A stretch of DNA of 37,045 bases from a virus (lineage: Duplodnaviria; Caudoviricetes): positions 1 to 37,045 of IMG/VR virus record IMGVR_UViG_3300031269_000043; one strand, written 5' to 3'. A program made the position numbers and the translations under genes. Positions 6,484 to 15,500 of the stretch are shown here, one piece after another. How positions within the stretch are numbered: the stretch's first letter is position 1; every line of letters begins with the position of its first letter. The notes beneath the pieces are model-generated. The model was not told the DNA's origin, searched no databases, and saw nothing but the letters and a program-made list of their open reading frames with translations.

Positions 6484-7021
6484 CGGTCTCTCCTGTTGCC
6501 TTGGGGTTGCAGTTTCGGAACACATAGTTGGTCAGGGTCTCGCCCCGTACAATTCCACCCACCAGCGTTCGCCGGGGGAAGCCAAGCATCACGTGCAAAC
6601 GGAATTCATCGCTCGACATATTGGCCATGGAGAACCCGGCGTCCAGATAGATGCGCTGTCCGGTGGAGCGGTGGATCGCGTAGTGGTCATACATATAGGT
6701 GTCGCCATCGTCGTCGCGCTCAAAGTCGTAGCGCCACGGGCCGGGCGTCTCAAGGAAGCCTTGCTCGACCAGCGCCTCGTCGCGGGCAATGACCCACGCC
6801 CCTATGTCGGGGATGTCCTCGGCTTGTTCCAAGGTCATGCGGAACAGGTAGCCCGTGCGAGGCCCGTTGAAGGACACATAGGCAAACTCGGCATCATGGC
6901 GCGTGGGGGCTGGGGAAGGTATGCCTTGGGCCGATGCGGCGTGGCGCAAGGCGGCGATGCGGGGGCCGTTGGCCTGCATGGCCTCAGTGGTCTTGGGCGG
7001 GTAGCCGGGGATGTAGAACAT
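6476..7021 (-). CDS. hypothetical protein
   Basis: CCTTGGAGAC RBS and promoter upstream. Confidence 0.7.
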   Translation of the reverse strand: MFYIPGYPPKTTEAMQANGPRIAALRHAASAQGIPSPAPTRHDAEFAYVSFNGPRTGYLFRMTLEQAEDIPDIGAWVIARDEALVEQGFLETPGPWRYDFERDDDGDTYMYDHYAIHRSTGQRIYLDAGFSMANMSSDEFRLHVMLGFPRRTLVGGIVRGETLTNYVFRNCNPKATGETDG

Positions 7022-7049
7022 GGATGGTCTCCAAGGTGTGGTCAGGCTT

Positions 7050-7078
7050 AGAATACCGCCCTTAAACAGTTTGTCAAC
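7050..7078 (-). promoter_or_regulatory. GTTGACAAAC-type promoter TTGACA-16-TATTCT
   Basis: Seen directly. Confidence 0.75.
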
Positions 7079-7079
7079 C

Positions 7080-7376
7080 CTAGTCTTTCTCGATCAGGAA
7101 GGGCTTGTCCTCGGTGACCACCAGCCTGACGTGCTTCCGGTCCTTCCCGGTCTCCACGGCCAAGCGCCCGAATTGGTCCCGGTATAGGTCGCCGTCTCGG
7201 TGCAGGCGCGCGATGTCCACGCCCTTGGCGGAGGTTGCACCCTTCTCATAGATGCGAACGTAGCCGCCTTTGGCTTGGACATATAAGCCCCCATCCGGCC
7301 CCTCGAACACGTCCACGGGCTTGAACACTCCGCCTTGGACTATCAGGGCTTGGTCGGTGTCGATCTTCTTGAACAT
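7080..7376 (-). CDS. hypothetical protein
   Basis: GGAGAC RBS and own promoter. Confidence 0.75.
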   Translation of the reverse strand: MFKKIDTDQALIVQGGVFKPVDVFEGPDGGLYVQAKGGYVRIYEKGATSAKGVDIARLHRDGDLYRDQFGRLAVETGKDRKHVRLVVTEDKPFLIEKD

Positions 7377-7406
7377 GGAGGTCTCCGGGTGTGGTAGGGT
7401 CGCCCT

Positions 7407-7435
7407 AGATTACTGCCCCGGCGGGGTTTGTCAAC
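7407..7435 (-). promoter_or_regulatory. GTTGACAAAC-type promoter TTGACA-16-TAATCT
   Basis: The -35 contains the TGA stop of the MuF-ART gene. Confidence 0.75.
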
Positions 7436-9122
7436 TCATACGGGCTTCGGTCAGGTCGTCCAGAGAATACACGAATTTGTCCTCGTGCCCCGGCTCCACC
7501 TTTATCACACTTTCCGGGTCGTCCAGAACCTCGTAGCCCACGTCCACGCCTTCCAGAACCTCGCCTTGTTCCTCTTGCATGACCACCCGGATCACCGTGA
7601 CTTCTTCTCCGTCTATGGTTTGTTTCGACCTACCGATCACGCGGAACTGCGAGCCACGGGGCAGGAGCATTTCGCCCTCGGCAGGGATCAGAGAGGCTTG
7701 GTAGATGGGCAGGATTTTCTGCCCGGTGCCCACCTGCACCTGCATCACAGTCTTGCCGGTGCCCGCGAAGTCCGCCGCCACTTCCGGGCGTAGGGACGTG
7801 GACACGAACGCATCGTCTTGGAACACCTTGCCCACGTCCATGCGGTCAGCCTCAGCCGCCTTCACGCCCCGATACACGTAGGTCACGTCCGGGGCGCGGG
7901 AGCGGTCCAGCAAGGCGTCAAGCGTTTGCGTGGCCTCTAACATATAGAGTTCATCGGTGCCGTGCAGCGAGGGCTTGGTCAGGTCTTTGGCCGAAGGCTT
8001 GGGCAGGGAGGGCGTCTCATACAGGTTGTATAGCGGTTGGTTCTTTCGCAGACGCCGGTTCAGTTCGTTGAACAGGTTGCCCGTGTAGATCGACGCATAA
8101 TAGATAGCCTTCGCCGTGGTCTCAGGGTCGGACTTGAGCGCCAGTTGGAACAGGTCGCTCGCCGCCGCTTGCCAGATGGTTTCGGCCTCCCGGTCATACT
8201 GAGGCTCTACCGCCCGCTGGTGCCGCCCCACGTCCCGGATTGTCTCCGGGAAGTTGGACCAGTCCACCGGGTCGTATTCCTTCTCGGTGCTGATCAGCGT
8301 GACCACGGTTCGGCACAGGAAGTGGAACGGCGGGGTGTCATGGCCCCGCGCTTGCAGTTCCTCGTTTGACAGCCCGGCGATGTCGTCCAGTTCGGGGAAG
8401 GGTGCAAGTGTCTTTATTTGGGCAGGCTCCGAGGTCGATAGGATAGTCCCGGTTTTCGTATAGGCTTCCTCGACCGAGAACTCGCGTCCGTCCATTTCAC
8501 GGCATATGTCCGTGGTTCGGCTGTCCACGATTGCATCAATCCGGTAGCGTGCGATGCCGCGCGCCCGTGCCTCATAATACATTCCGTAAGCAGCAACACG
8601 AGTTCCCACGACATTGGCAGAGGTATCCACCACCCGAACAATCTCTCCGCGAAGGTAGCGGTTGATGTCGTTGGCCAGCTTGTCGGGATCGATGGGATCG
8701 GCTTTCTGAAACCGGGATGCAGCAGTGATGCGTTCATCTAGCTTCCTTCTGGTATCGCGGGTGAGAACGTGGGCGGACATGCGCTGTAGCAGGCGGACAG
8801 CGCCTTCATCGGTTTCCCATGGGTAGGGCGCTCCGTTGGCCAGAACGCTTGTCTGGGGCTTGTCTACCGCGCCAGCGCCCAAGAGCATGGTGGACCGGGT
8901 GAACTTGCGCATGGTCTTGTCAGTCTTGGCCAGCGCGGCGGTGAAGTCCAGTTCCCGCACGCCGTCGCGCGCATCCTGAAAGCGCCCGGCCTTGATGTCC
9001 TCAGCGATAGCCCGTACCTTGGGGCCTATCACGCGCATGGCGGACCGGGTGACGGATGCGCTTAGATCATCGGTTAGGGTCCGGACCCCCTCGCTCATGT
9101 CCTTGGGTTTGATGGGGCGCAT
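7431..9122 (-). CDS. head morphogenesis protein (MuF/SPP1 gp7 family) fused to a C-terminal VIP2-type ADP-ribosyltransferase
   Basis: MuF motifs AIVDSRTTDICREMDG and PPFHFLCRT; ART R-S-E motifs VYRG, FVSTS, EGEMLLPRGS; located downstream of the portal. Confidence 0.88.
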   Translation of the reverse strand: MRPIKPKDMSEGVRTLTDDLSASVTRSAMRVIGPKVRAIAEDIKAGRFQDARDGVRELDFTAALAKTDKTMRKFTRSTMLLGAGAVDKPQTSVLANGAPYPWETDEGAVRLLQRMSAHVLTRDTRRKLDERITAASRFQKADPIDPDKLANDINRYLRGEIVRVVDTSANVVGTRVAAYGMYYEARARGIARYRIDAIVDSRTTDICREMDGREFSVEEAYTKTGTILSTSEPAQIKTLAPFPELDDIAGLSNEELQARGHDTPPFHFLCRTVVTLISTEKEYDPVDWSNFPETIRDVGRHQRAVEPQYDREAETIWQAAASDLFQLALKSDPETTAKAIYYASIYTGNLFNELNRRLRKNQPLYNLYETPSLPKPSAKDLTKPSLHGTDELYMLEATQTLDALLDRSRAPDVTYVYRGVKAAEADRMDVGKVFQDDAFVSTSLRPEVAADFAGTGKTVMQVQVGTGQKILPIYQASLIPAEGEMLLPRGSQFRVIGRSKQTIDGEEVTVIRVVMQEEQGEVLEGVDVGYEVLDDPESVIKVEPGHEDKFVYSLDDLTEARMS

Positions 9123-9123
9123 G

Positions 9124-9486
9124 TCAGCCTTTTTCGTCCCAGCCGTGTTCATCGTGCCAGTAGTCAGGGGGTGTAGCCGGGGTGGCGCAATCAGAGGCGT
9201 GCCCATCCTCCGGGATTTCTTCGACCTTGGTCGGCGGGGGCAGGCCCCGGTTCTTGCGCCGGATCAGCTTGACTATGGTTCGGCCCGGAACCTCGTCGGC
9301 TTTCAGTTTGTTCTTCACGGCGGTGGTAACCACGGCATGTTCGCCGGGCTTGCCGGGGGCGTGAAGGTGGGGGCTGGACCCGGCCCGGCGCAGGGCATCC
9401 CGAAGTTCAATCGTGCCATCTGCGAACACGCGCCACCGCTTGGAACGGCCCGCGCCGGGCAGGGGGTTATTGTCAATGTAAAGCAT
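9124..9486 (-). CDS. hypothetical basic protein between portal and MuF
   Basis: GGGAG RBS before MLYIDNN...; abuts both neighbours. Confidence 0.6.
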   Translation of the reverse strand: MLYIDNNPLPGAGRSKRWRVFADGTIELRDALRRAGSSPHLHAPGKPGEHAVVTTAVKNKLKADEVPGRTIVKLIRRKNRGLPPPTKVEEIPEDGHASDCATPATPPDYWHDEHGWDEKG

Positions 9487-12400
9487 GGTCTGTCTCCCGT
9501 TGCGCGGCTTGGAACGCCGCCATTGCATAGCCCGCCGCCACGTCCGCCATGGCCGCATCAGTCAGGAAGGTGGAGTTGTAGAGGACAGGGGCGAGCGCCT
9601 TGTTGACACGCTCCTGCTCATCCAAGGACAGATCATCGTATTCCGTCCGCAAGGCCATCAGAGTGCGCAGGCTCTCGGCATCGCTCAGATCGTCATATTC
9701 CCGCACGGACCGGGCGATGCGCGCGGCCATGAGCGCCACGCGGTTGTTCACCGCCTCCGGGGGGTTGGGTGCCGCCTGTTGCTCTGTATCGCCTTGAGGG
9801 GCCGCGTCAGCGTTGGCCGGGGGGTTGGTAGGGGGTTGGCCGGGGGTTGCACCCTCTTGCCCGGCCACGGTGCCCCCGATCACATCTTCCTCAAAGTCCT
9901 CGGAGACTTCCACTTCCAGATCAGCGATGCGGCTGATGTCCTTTACCAGATCGGCAATGCCCACGCCTCGCATGGTGGACAGCATTTGCAGGGCACGGAG
10001 TTGTAGGTTCACGTCTTGGACGGATAGGGGCTTGGAGGCCAGTTCCCACAGGTTGGACGGGTCGATTTCCCGCATGATCGTCATGTTCATGCGTTCATCT
10101 TCTTCCTCGCGCTCGGGGGCGAACACCTGAGCCTCGGCCACCACGTAGGAGGCGTGAGCGGTGTTGCCTTGAACAGCCACATGCCCGTTTCGCCGGGTTA
10201 CGAACACGCCAGTAGGGACAGTGAAACACCAGACCTCTCCGGTGTAGTCCACTCGCTCATGTCCGCGTGCGGTTTGAGTGCGGCCTTCTGCGCCACGCGA
10301 ACCACCCATACCGATGAAAACCCGATAGCCCGGACGCACCCCCATAGTTCCCGGCGTAGCATCCGCCACGCGAGTATGATACCCCAGTTTAAGAGCCAAT
10401 TCCTGCACATCGTCGGCAAGGCTTTTTGACGTGGTGTAGTAAGACCCAGAAGTGCGGCCTTCCCGCGTATCCCAACTTCCGTCGCCCGCCATGAGCGCAT
10501 CGAATAGGATACGCAAACACCCACGAGATGACGCCAAAAGGGAGCGCGGTATACGCTTTTGCCACCCGACCATGCCCATTTTGTCTTTGAACCAACTGTA
10601 GATTGACCAGTCGTAGACATAGGCTGTCACCACCCCTTCTTCGGTCTTGGGCCACCACACAGTTACATCCTGAGCTTCAAGCCGCAAAAGAAGGGCCTTG
10701 ATAGAAGACCAGCCCCGGTCAACGTGCTGCGTCAAACTGATCGCCCCGCCTTGTTTGAGAACATGCCCTTCGGAAATTATCCAGCCCGCCAGTTCATACA
10801 GGTCAGTAGTGTCAAGTGTAGGAGGGTAGTCCTCTTGCAAGGCCGTAGACCCCCTTCCAGCTATAGGTGCGGGAACATGTGGGAACGTGAACGTGAATGT
10901 GCTATGTGCCACCCCTACCTTGTATTCCGGGATACGCCGCACAAAAGAAGGACGTGAACAGGTTGCCAGCATAGTCTCCACAGGTTCCGTGCAGACATCC
11001 CCATACTGTGTTTCATAATGCATCCGGTGCTTAGGCGTCACCATGATGTCCATTAGGGTGCTTTTGAAGTGGTACATAGGGACGTCAGTCACGTCATAGA
11101 CCTGCACCCCATGATCCGGCTCATGGTATTCCAAAGCCTTGGCTTTCGGGTTGTAACAGGCCACCTTCATACCGGGCTTGAATTGATCGTGAGTGATCCA
11201 CCCCTGATCGGTAAGGGCCTCCGTTTCGGCATCATAGCACGCGAAGTTGTAGCTGTCGGCCATGCCCAGAAAGATGCCCGGCAGGCGGAAGGACCGGCGG
11301 ACGCGCTGTTCGTTCTTCTCGTCATAGACCTCGAACGTGCTGTCGGCCTCCTGTGATCCGAACCGCTCCACGGTCACGCTGGCGGGGCGCTCATTCTCAA
11401 GGTTGCCAGATGACGGAACCTCCACGGCCACGCCGCGCTGTTTCGTCTTGGAGCCGCCCGTCAGATAGTCATTGATCGCCTTGGCCACCGGCTCCGATAC
11501 CATGCCGCCCGTGATGAACACCATCACCGGAGGGACGCCGCCACTCTGGAAATAGGCGAGGTTGTGTTCCTCAGCCATCCGGCTCCCCAGCACGGACGGA
11601 AGCTGCGTGATCCATCGCGGCATCCCGTAGGGCGACTTCACGTCCTCAATATCCTTGTCATGGATCACTTCATGGGCGCGCTTGTTGGCGGGCAGGGTTT
11701 GGCCGTCCGGTGCCCACTCCCCGGTCACCCGGTTTAGGTCGCGCTGCGAGCCATATTCCTTGTAGTAGACCAGCTTGGTTCCGATCTTCTGGACGTAACG
11801 GCGCTCGGCGCGGAGGGTGGTCAGTTCCACGTCCTTACCGGCCCGGCGCATCTTGACCGTTACTTCGGTGGGTTCGTCCAGCTTGATCAGGCGCATCGAC
11901 TTGGCGGGGGCGCGGCGAATGAACGCGAGTTCACCGAGGGCGTTGCGTTCCAGCACCATGTAGGAGTTGCCTGTCCGGTGCAGGTCGCGGCGAAGTTCCT
12001 TGCGTGTGCGCTGGAACGACTTGCGCGGGTAGACCTCTTTCAGAAAGTCCAGCAAGCCTTCGCGCTCTGACTTGTCCTCGTCGGTCAGATCAGCCTCGGT
12101 CTTGTCCCGGTTGACCAGCGTGTAGCCGGTGCAGGAGATATTGGTCACCATGGCTTCGATGCAGGGTTCCAAGGCGTTGTTCTCGGACACCAGCCGCTCA
12201 AGGCGTTCGGGGGCTATGGGGGGCGCGAGCAGGGAGGGCCCGGCGTGAATGCGCAGATAGTCCCGGAAGAACTGGTCCTCACTGTCGAGCAGCGTGGCGT
12301 CCACTTCGCCACCGAGGGCAATGTCCTTTTTCAGCTTCTCCGCGTGTTCCTTGGTGGCCCCACGCGCTTCCAGCGTGTTGGCCAGTTCTTCGGTGGACAG

Positions 12401-12520
12401 GCCAGTTAGTGCGTTCAGGATCAGCGCGCCGTAGCCATTGCGTCCGCCGTTAGGATTGGCGAAAATGTTCTGGCCTTGACCGGCGATCACGCGGCCCTCT
12501 TTTGTTTTGTCGTCAGCCAT
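9473..12520 (-). CDS. portal protein containing an intein
   Basis: RDLHRTGNSYM, EVIH..SPYGMPRW, NLAYFQSGGVP, RVRRSFRLPGIFLG portal-like motifs; upstream of MuF. Confidence 0.85.
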   Translation of the reverse strand: MADDKTKEGRVIAGQGQNIFANPNGGRNGYGALILNALTGLSTEELANTLEARGATKEHAEKLKKDIALGGEVDATLLDSEDQFFRDYLRIHAGPSLLAPPIAPERLERLVSENNALEPCIEAMVTNISCTGYTLVNRDKTEADLTDEDKSEREGLLDFLKEVYPRKSFQRTRKELRRDLHRTGNSYMVLERNALGELAFIRRAPAKSMRLIKLDEPTEVTVKMRRAGKDVELTTLRAERRYVQKIGTKLVYYKEYGSQRDLNRVTGEWAPDGQTLPANKRAHEVIHDKDIEDVKSPYGMPRWITQLPSVLGSRMAEEHNLAYFQSGGVPPVMVFITGGMVSEPVAKAINDYLTGGSKTKQRGVAVEVPSSGNLENERPASVTVERFGSQEADSTFEVYDEKNEQRVRRSFRLPGIFLGMADSYNFACYDAETEALTDQGWITHDQFKPGMKVACYNPKAKALEYHEPDHGVQVYDVTDVPMYHFKSTLMDIMVTPKHRMHYETQYGDVCTEPVETMLATCSRPSFVRRIPEYKVGVAHSTFTFTFPHVPAPIAGRGSTALQEDYPPTLDTTDLYELAGWIISEGHVLKQGGAISLTQHVDRGWSSIKALLLRLEAQDVTVWWPKTEEGVVTAYVYDWSIYSWFKDKMGMVGWQKRIPRSLLASSRGCLRILFDALMAGDGSWDTREGRTSGSYYTTSKSLADDVQELALKLGYHTRVADATPGTMGVRPGYRVFIGMGGSRGAEGRTQTARGHERVDYTGEVWCFTVPTGVFVTRRNGHVAVQGNTAHASYVVAEAQVFAPEREEEDERMNMTIMREIDPSNLWELASKPLSVQDVNLQLRALQMLSTMRGVGIADLVKDISRIADLEVEVSEDFEEDVIGGTVAGQEGATPGQPPTNPPANADAAPQGDTEQQAAPNPPEAVNNRVALMAARIARSVREYDDLSDAESLRTLMALRTEYDDLSLDEQERVNKALAPVLYNSTFLTDAAMADVAAGYAMAAFQAAQRETDHALH
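10163..11239 (-). mobile_element. intein (359 aa) with LAGLIDADG endonuclease in the portal
   Basis: Starts CYDAETEALTDQGW, ends VWCFTVPTGVFVTRRNGHVAVQGN/T; ELAGWIISEG and LFDALMAGDG motifs; lower GC than flanks. Confidence 0.9.
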
Positions 12521-12551
12521 ACCGGTGCCCCTTGCTCGGATTGCGGCGATC

Positions 12552-15500
12552 CTACGCGACCTCTGCCAATTCAGCAAGGTTCAAGCCTACCTCCGCATCG
12601 GTGGTGAACTTGAGTTCGGGCTTCCAGCCGAATGACTTCTCGAAGGGCAAGTCCTCCATCACCTGCCCGGAGTAGAGCAGCGCGTCGTCCACCTCGTCCT
12701 CCGGCACATACCACAGCCCTTGGTCGTGGATTTGTCCACAGGGTGTCAGAAGGGCCGGGCGTTCTTCTTCGATTATAGCCATGGACCACCACATCATGTC
12801 CACCAGCGTGGCCTGAATGGGGCTGTTGATTGCTTGGTTCTGAGCCTTCTTGCGCACCGCCTTGATCGGGCTGTTGATGTTGGGCAGGTGGCGCAAGCGG
12901 CCAAGGGGAGAGCGCACGGTGCCGTTCGTCTGAGCCTCTATGATCTGGCGGTCGTGCCAGTAGGGCAGGCCCGGATACAGATTGAAGAAAGCGTCCCGCA
13001 TGGCCTCGGCTTGCTCAAGGGTCAGCTTCACCCCATAGACCGCCTCGGCATACATCATGAAGCCATATGCCTGCATCCCATAGATCAAGCCGAAGTTGCC
13101 CGCCTTGCCGTTCTGGCGGAGCATCTTGAAAGCCGCCTCATCCACCCCTTTCAGGTGCATGGCTTCCTCGTAGGTCATGCTGTTCACGGTGGCGGCGGTC
13201 AGCACGTGAAGGTCGATCTTGTTCAGGTAGGCTTGTAGCATCTTCTGCTCCCCGGCCCAGCACGCGGCCACCTTGAGTTCGCCTTGGCTGTAGTCCCGCG
13301 CGACGATCACGTGCCCGTCCGGTGCGACTATGCACTCCCGAAGGCGCTTGCCCCAATAGCTGTGCTTAGGGACCGTATTGTGAACCTTCATGGAGTTTGC
13401 AGAGAAGGCGTGGGTCTTGGGCAGGGTGAAGTCGTAAACCCACCCGGCCCCGGCTTCCTCCACACTTATCACCGAAAGGCCCTCCACGGGCTTCCTGTAG
13501 GCCGGTGGATAGTCTATGCCCATGAGGGGCAGGCCCGCCGCCGTCAGGTGATAGGTGGCCGTGTAGCCCAGATACTCCACTGCGAAGTGGTCCACGCGCC
13601 CCCTCGTTATAGGCGGGATCACGCCGTCGAACATGGCTTCCCGGACCATCACCTGTGTCAGTGAACGTGCGTTCACACGGACCCTCACCCCTCGCCTGCC
13701 TTTCCGCCCTTTCATATACTCGCCAGCCCCTTTCAGGATGCCGCGCAAGATGGGGTGCCACGCGGTTGTCCCGCGCAATTCGTAGGGGATGATGGGCACC
13801 GAGGGGTGAGGTATCCAGAGAAGCCACTGAACGGCCCGTGGGGGCATGTCTGGCACCATCTGCACTCGCACCACGTCTCGGACGGAAGCCCCGTCTACGG
13901 CGCGCTCACGGCTTGCTGTGATGCCCAGCTTCGCCGCCGCTTGCATGATGGTGTCACTGTGTTCGGGCTTGGTCTCAATGTAGAGGGTGTCGCCGGTGGC
14001 CGCTAGGTAGCCATGGGCCGCTATCACCCCCAGAGCCTCAAAGGCTTCATACGGGTAGCCCTCCGGCGGCGCGGCGCGGGTGACCGGCTTGGGCAGGGCT
14101 ATACGGTCCGCCTCCCCTATGTCCTTGGCCTGCACCCATTGTAAACTCTGGCTCCCTTGGAAAATATGAAGCCAGATGGGGTGTTCCGGGGTGCAGGTGA
14201 TTTGATTGCCACACTTGGTCCGTATCCGTAGCAGGTCAGAGCGCCACGACTTGAACACGTTGGTGGTGGTCTCCCAGCCTTCGCCACCCCAGACCGTGAC
14301 CTCGTGAGCCTTGAAGGGGTTGTAGGCGTCGTCGGGTATCACCGGGTCTATCAGTTGCGCCGCTGTCCTCACCCCATGGGGCGTCAGTATCTCGGTCTCG
14401 CCCGTGACGCACTGGAAGGCGGGGGCGGTGGCGGACCCTCTGCCAGTGTTATGCGTCACAAGCCCGTTGGTCACATGACTGTGCGCGTCCTTTACAGTGA
14501 CACCAAATGTCGGCTGAGGTGGTAATACCTCAATAGCCGAAACCTTGGTAGGGGCAAAGGTTGCTTTTGGAGGCGTAGTGGGTTGATAACTACGACGCTC
14601 ACCAGACTTCACCATGCCCACAAGGCGGCGGGTTACCCCATACTCTTTTGCTATGGAAGTGTGAGTGCGGGGGTCTTTTGTTATAAAACCGATTTGCTGT
14701 TCTGTGAGTTTCTGATTTGACTTGGTGCCTCGGCCAGTGCCGTGGTTCTTCATGTCGTTGCGGTTATGTTGGTCGGTCCCCCATACAAGATTGTCCGCCC
14801 TGTTATCCCATGCCAGCCCATTAAGATGCCTGACTTGAGGCAAATTCTCCGGGTTATCCACGAAAACAGAGGCCACCAGCCTATGCACAGGGAAGTCTTT
14901 GTAATGTTCCCCACGAACCCATTTTTTATCCCGGCAACAGGATACCTTCAAATGTCCCCACCGCCCTTTAGGTGCTTGAGCAAGGATCGTTCCAGTATGG
15001 GAGGTTACCCGGCCCCACGATGAAACTTGCAAAGGCCAATCTGGAACCTTCCGCCATTCTTCGGCCCCAGACAAAGAGAACACAACCTGTTCTATCACTA
15101 GGTCCGAAGCGTTTACCCACCCGGACTGTGTTAGAAAGGGATGGTTTTCTGTGCAGGTAAGAGAGTTCCCATCCGCAGTTGATACCCTGACAACGGAGCG
15201 TGTGCCATTGTCTATAAGATCGGTTATGGGTTTCGTCTTGCCCAGATGCGTAAGGACTTCATCCCCCTTTTTAAGGGCTGTATAGGGTATAACCCCCTTT
15301 GTTGTAGTGAACAGCGTGTCAGCCGTGACACAGACCGTGCCCGCCGCCTCCTGCTCGTTGTTCTTACCGGAGCCTTGCTTGTGGATGATGTAGGAGGCGT
15401 GCCAGCGGTTGTCCGCTCGCAGGTGATTGAGGAAGCCCTTGTAATAGGTGCCGTGCATCTTGGACGTGGACTTGTAGTCCAGATAATGTTCGATCAGCGG

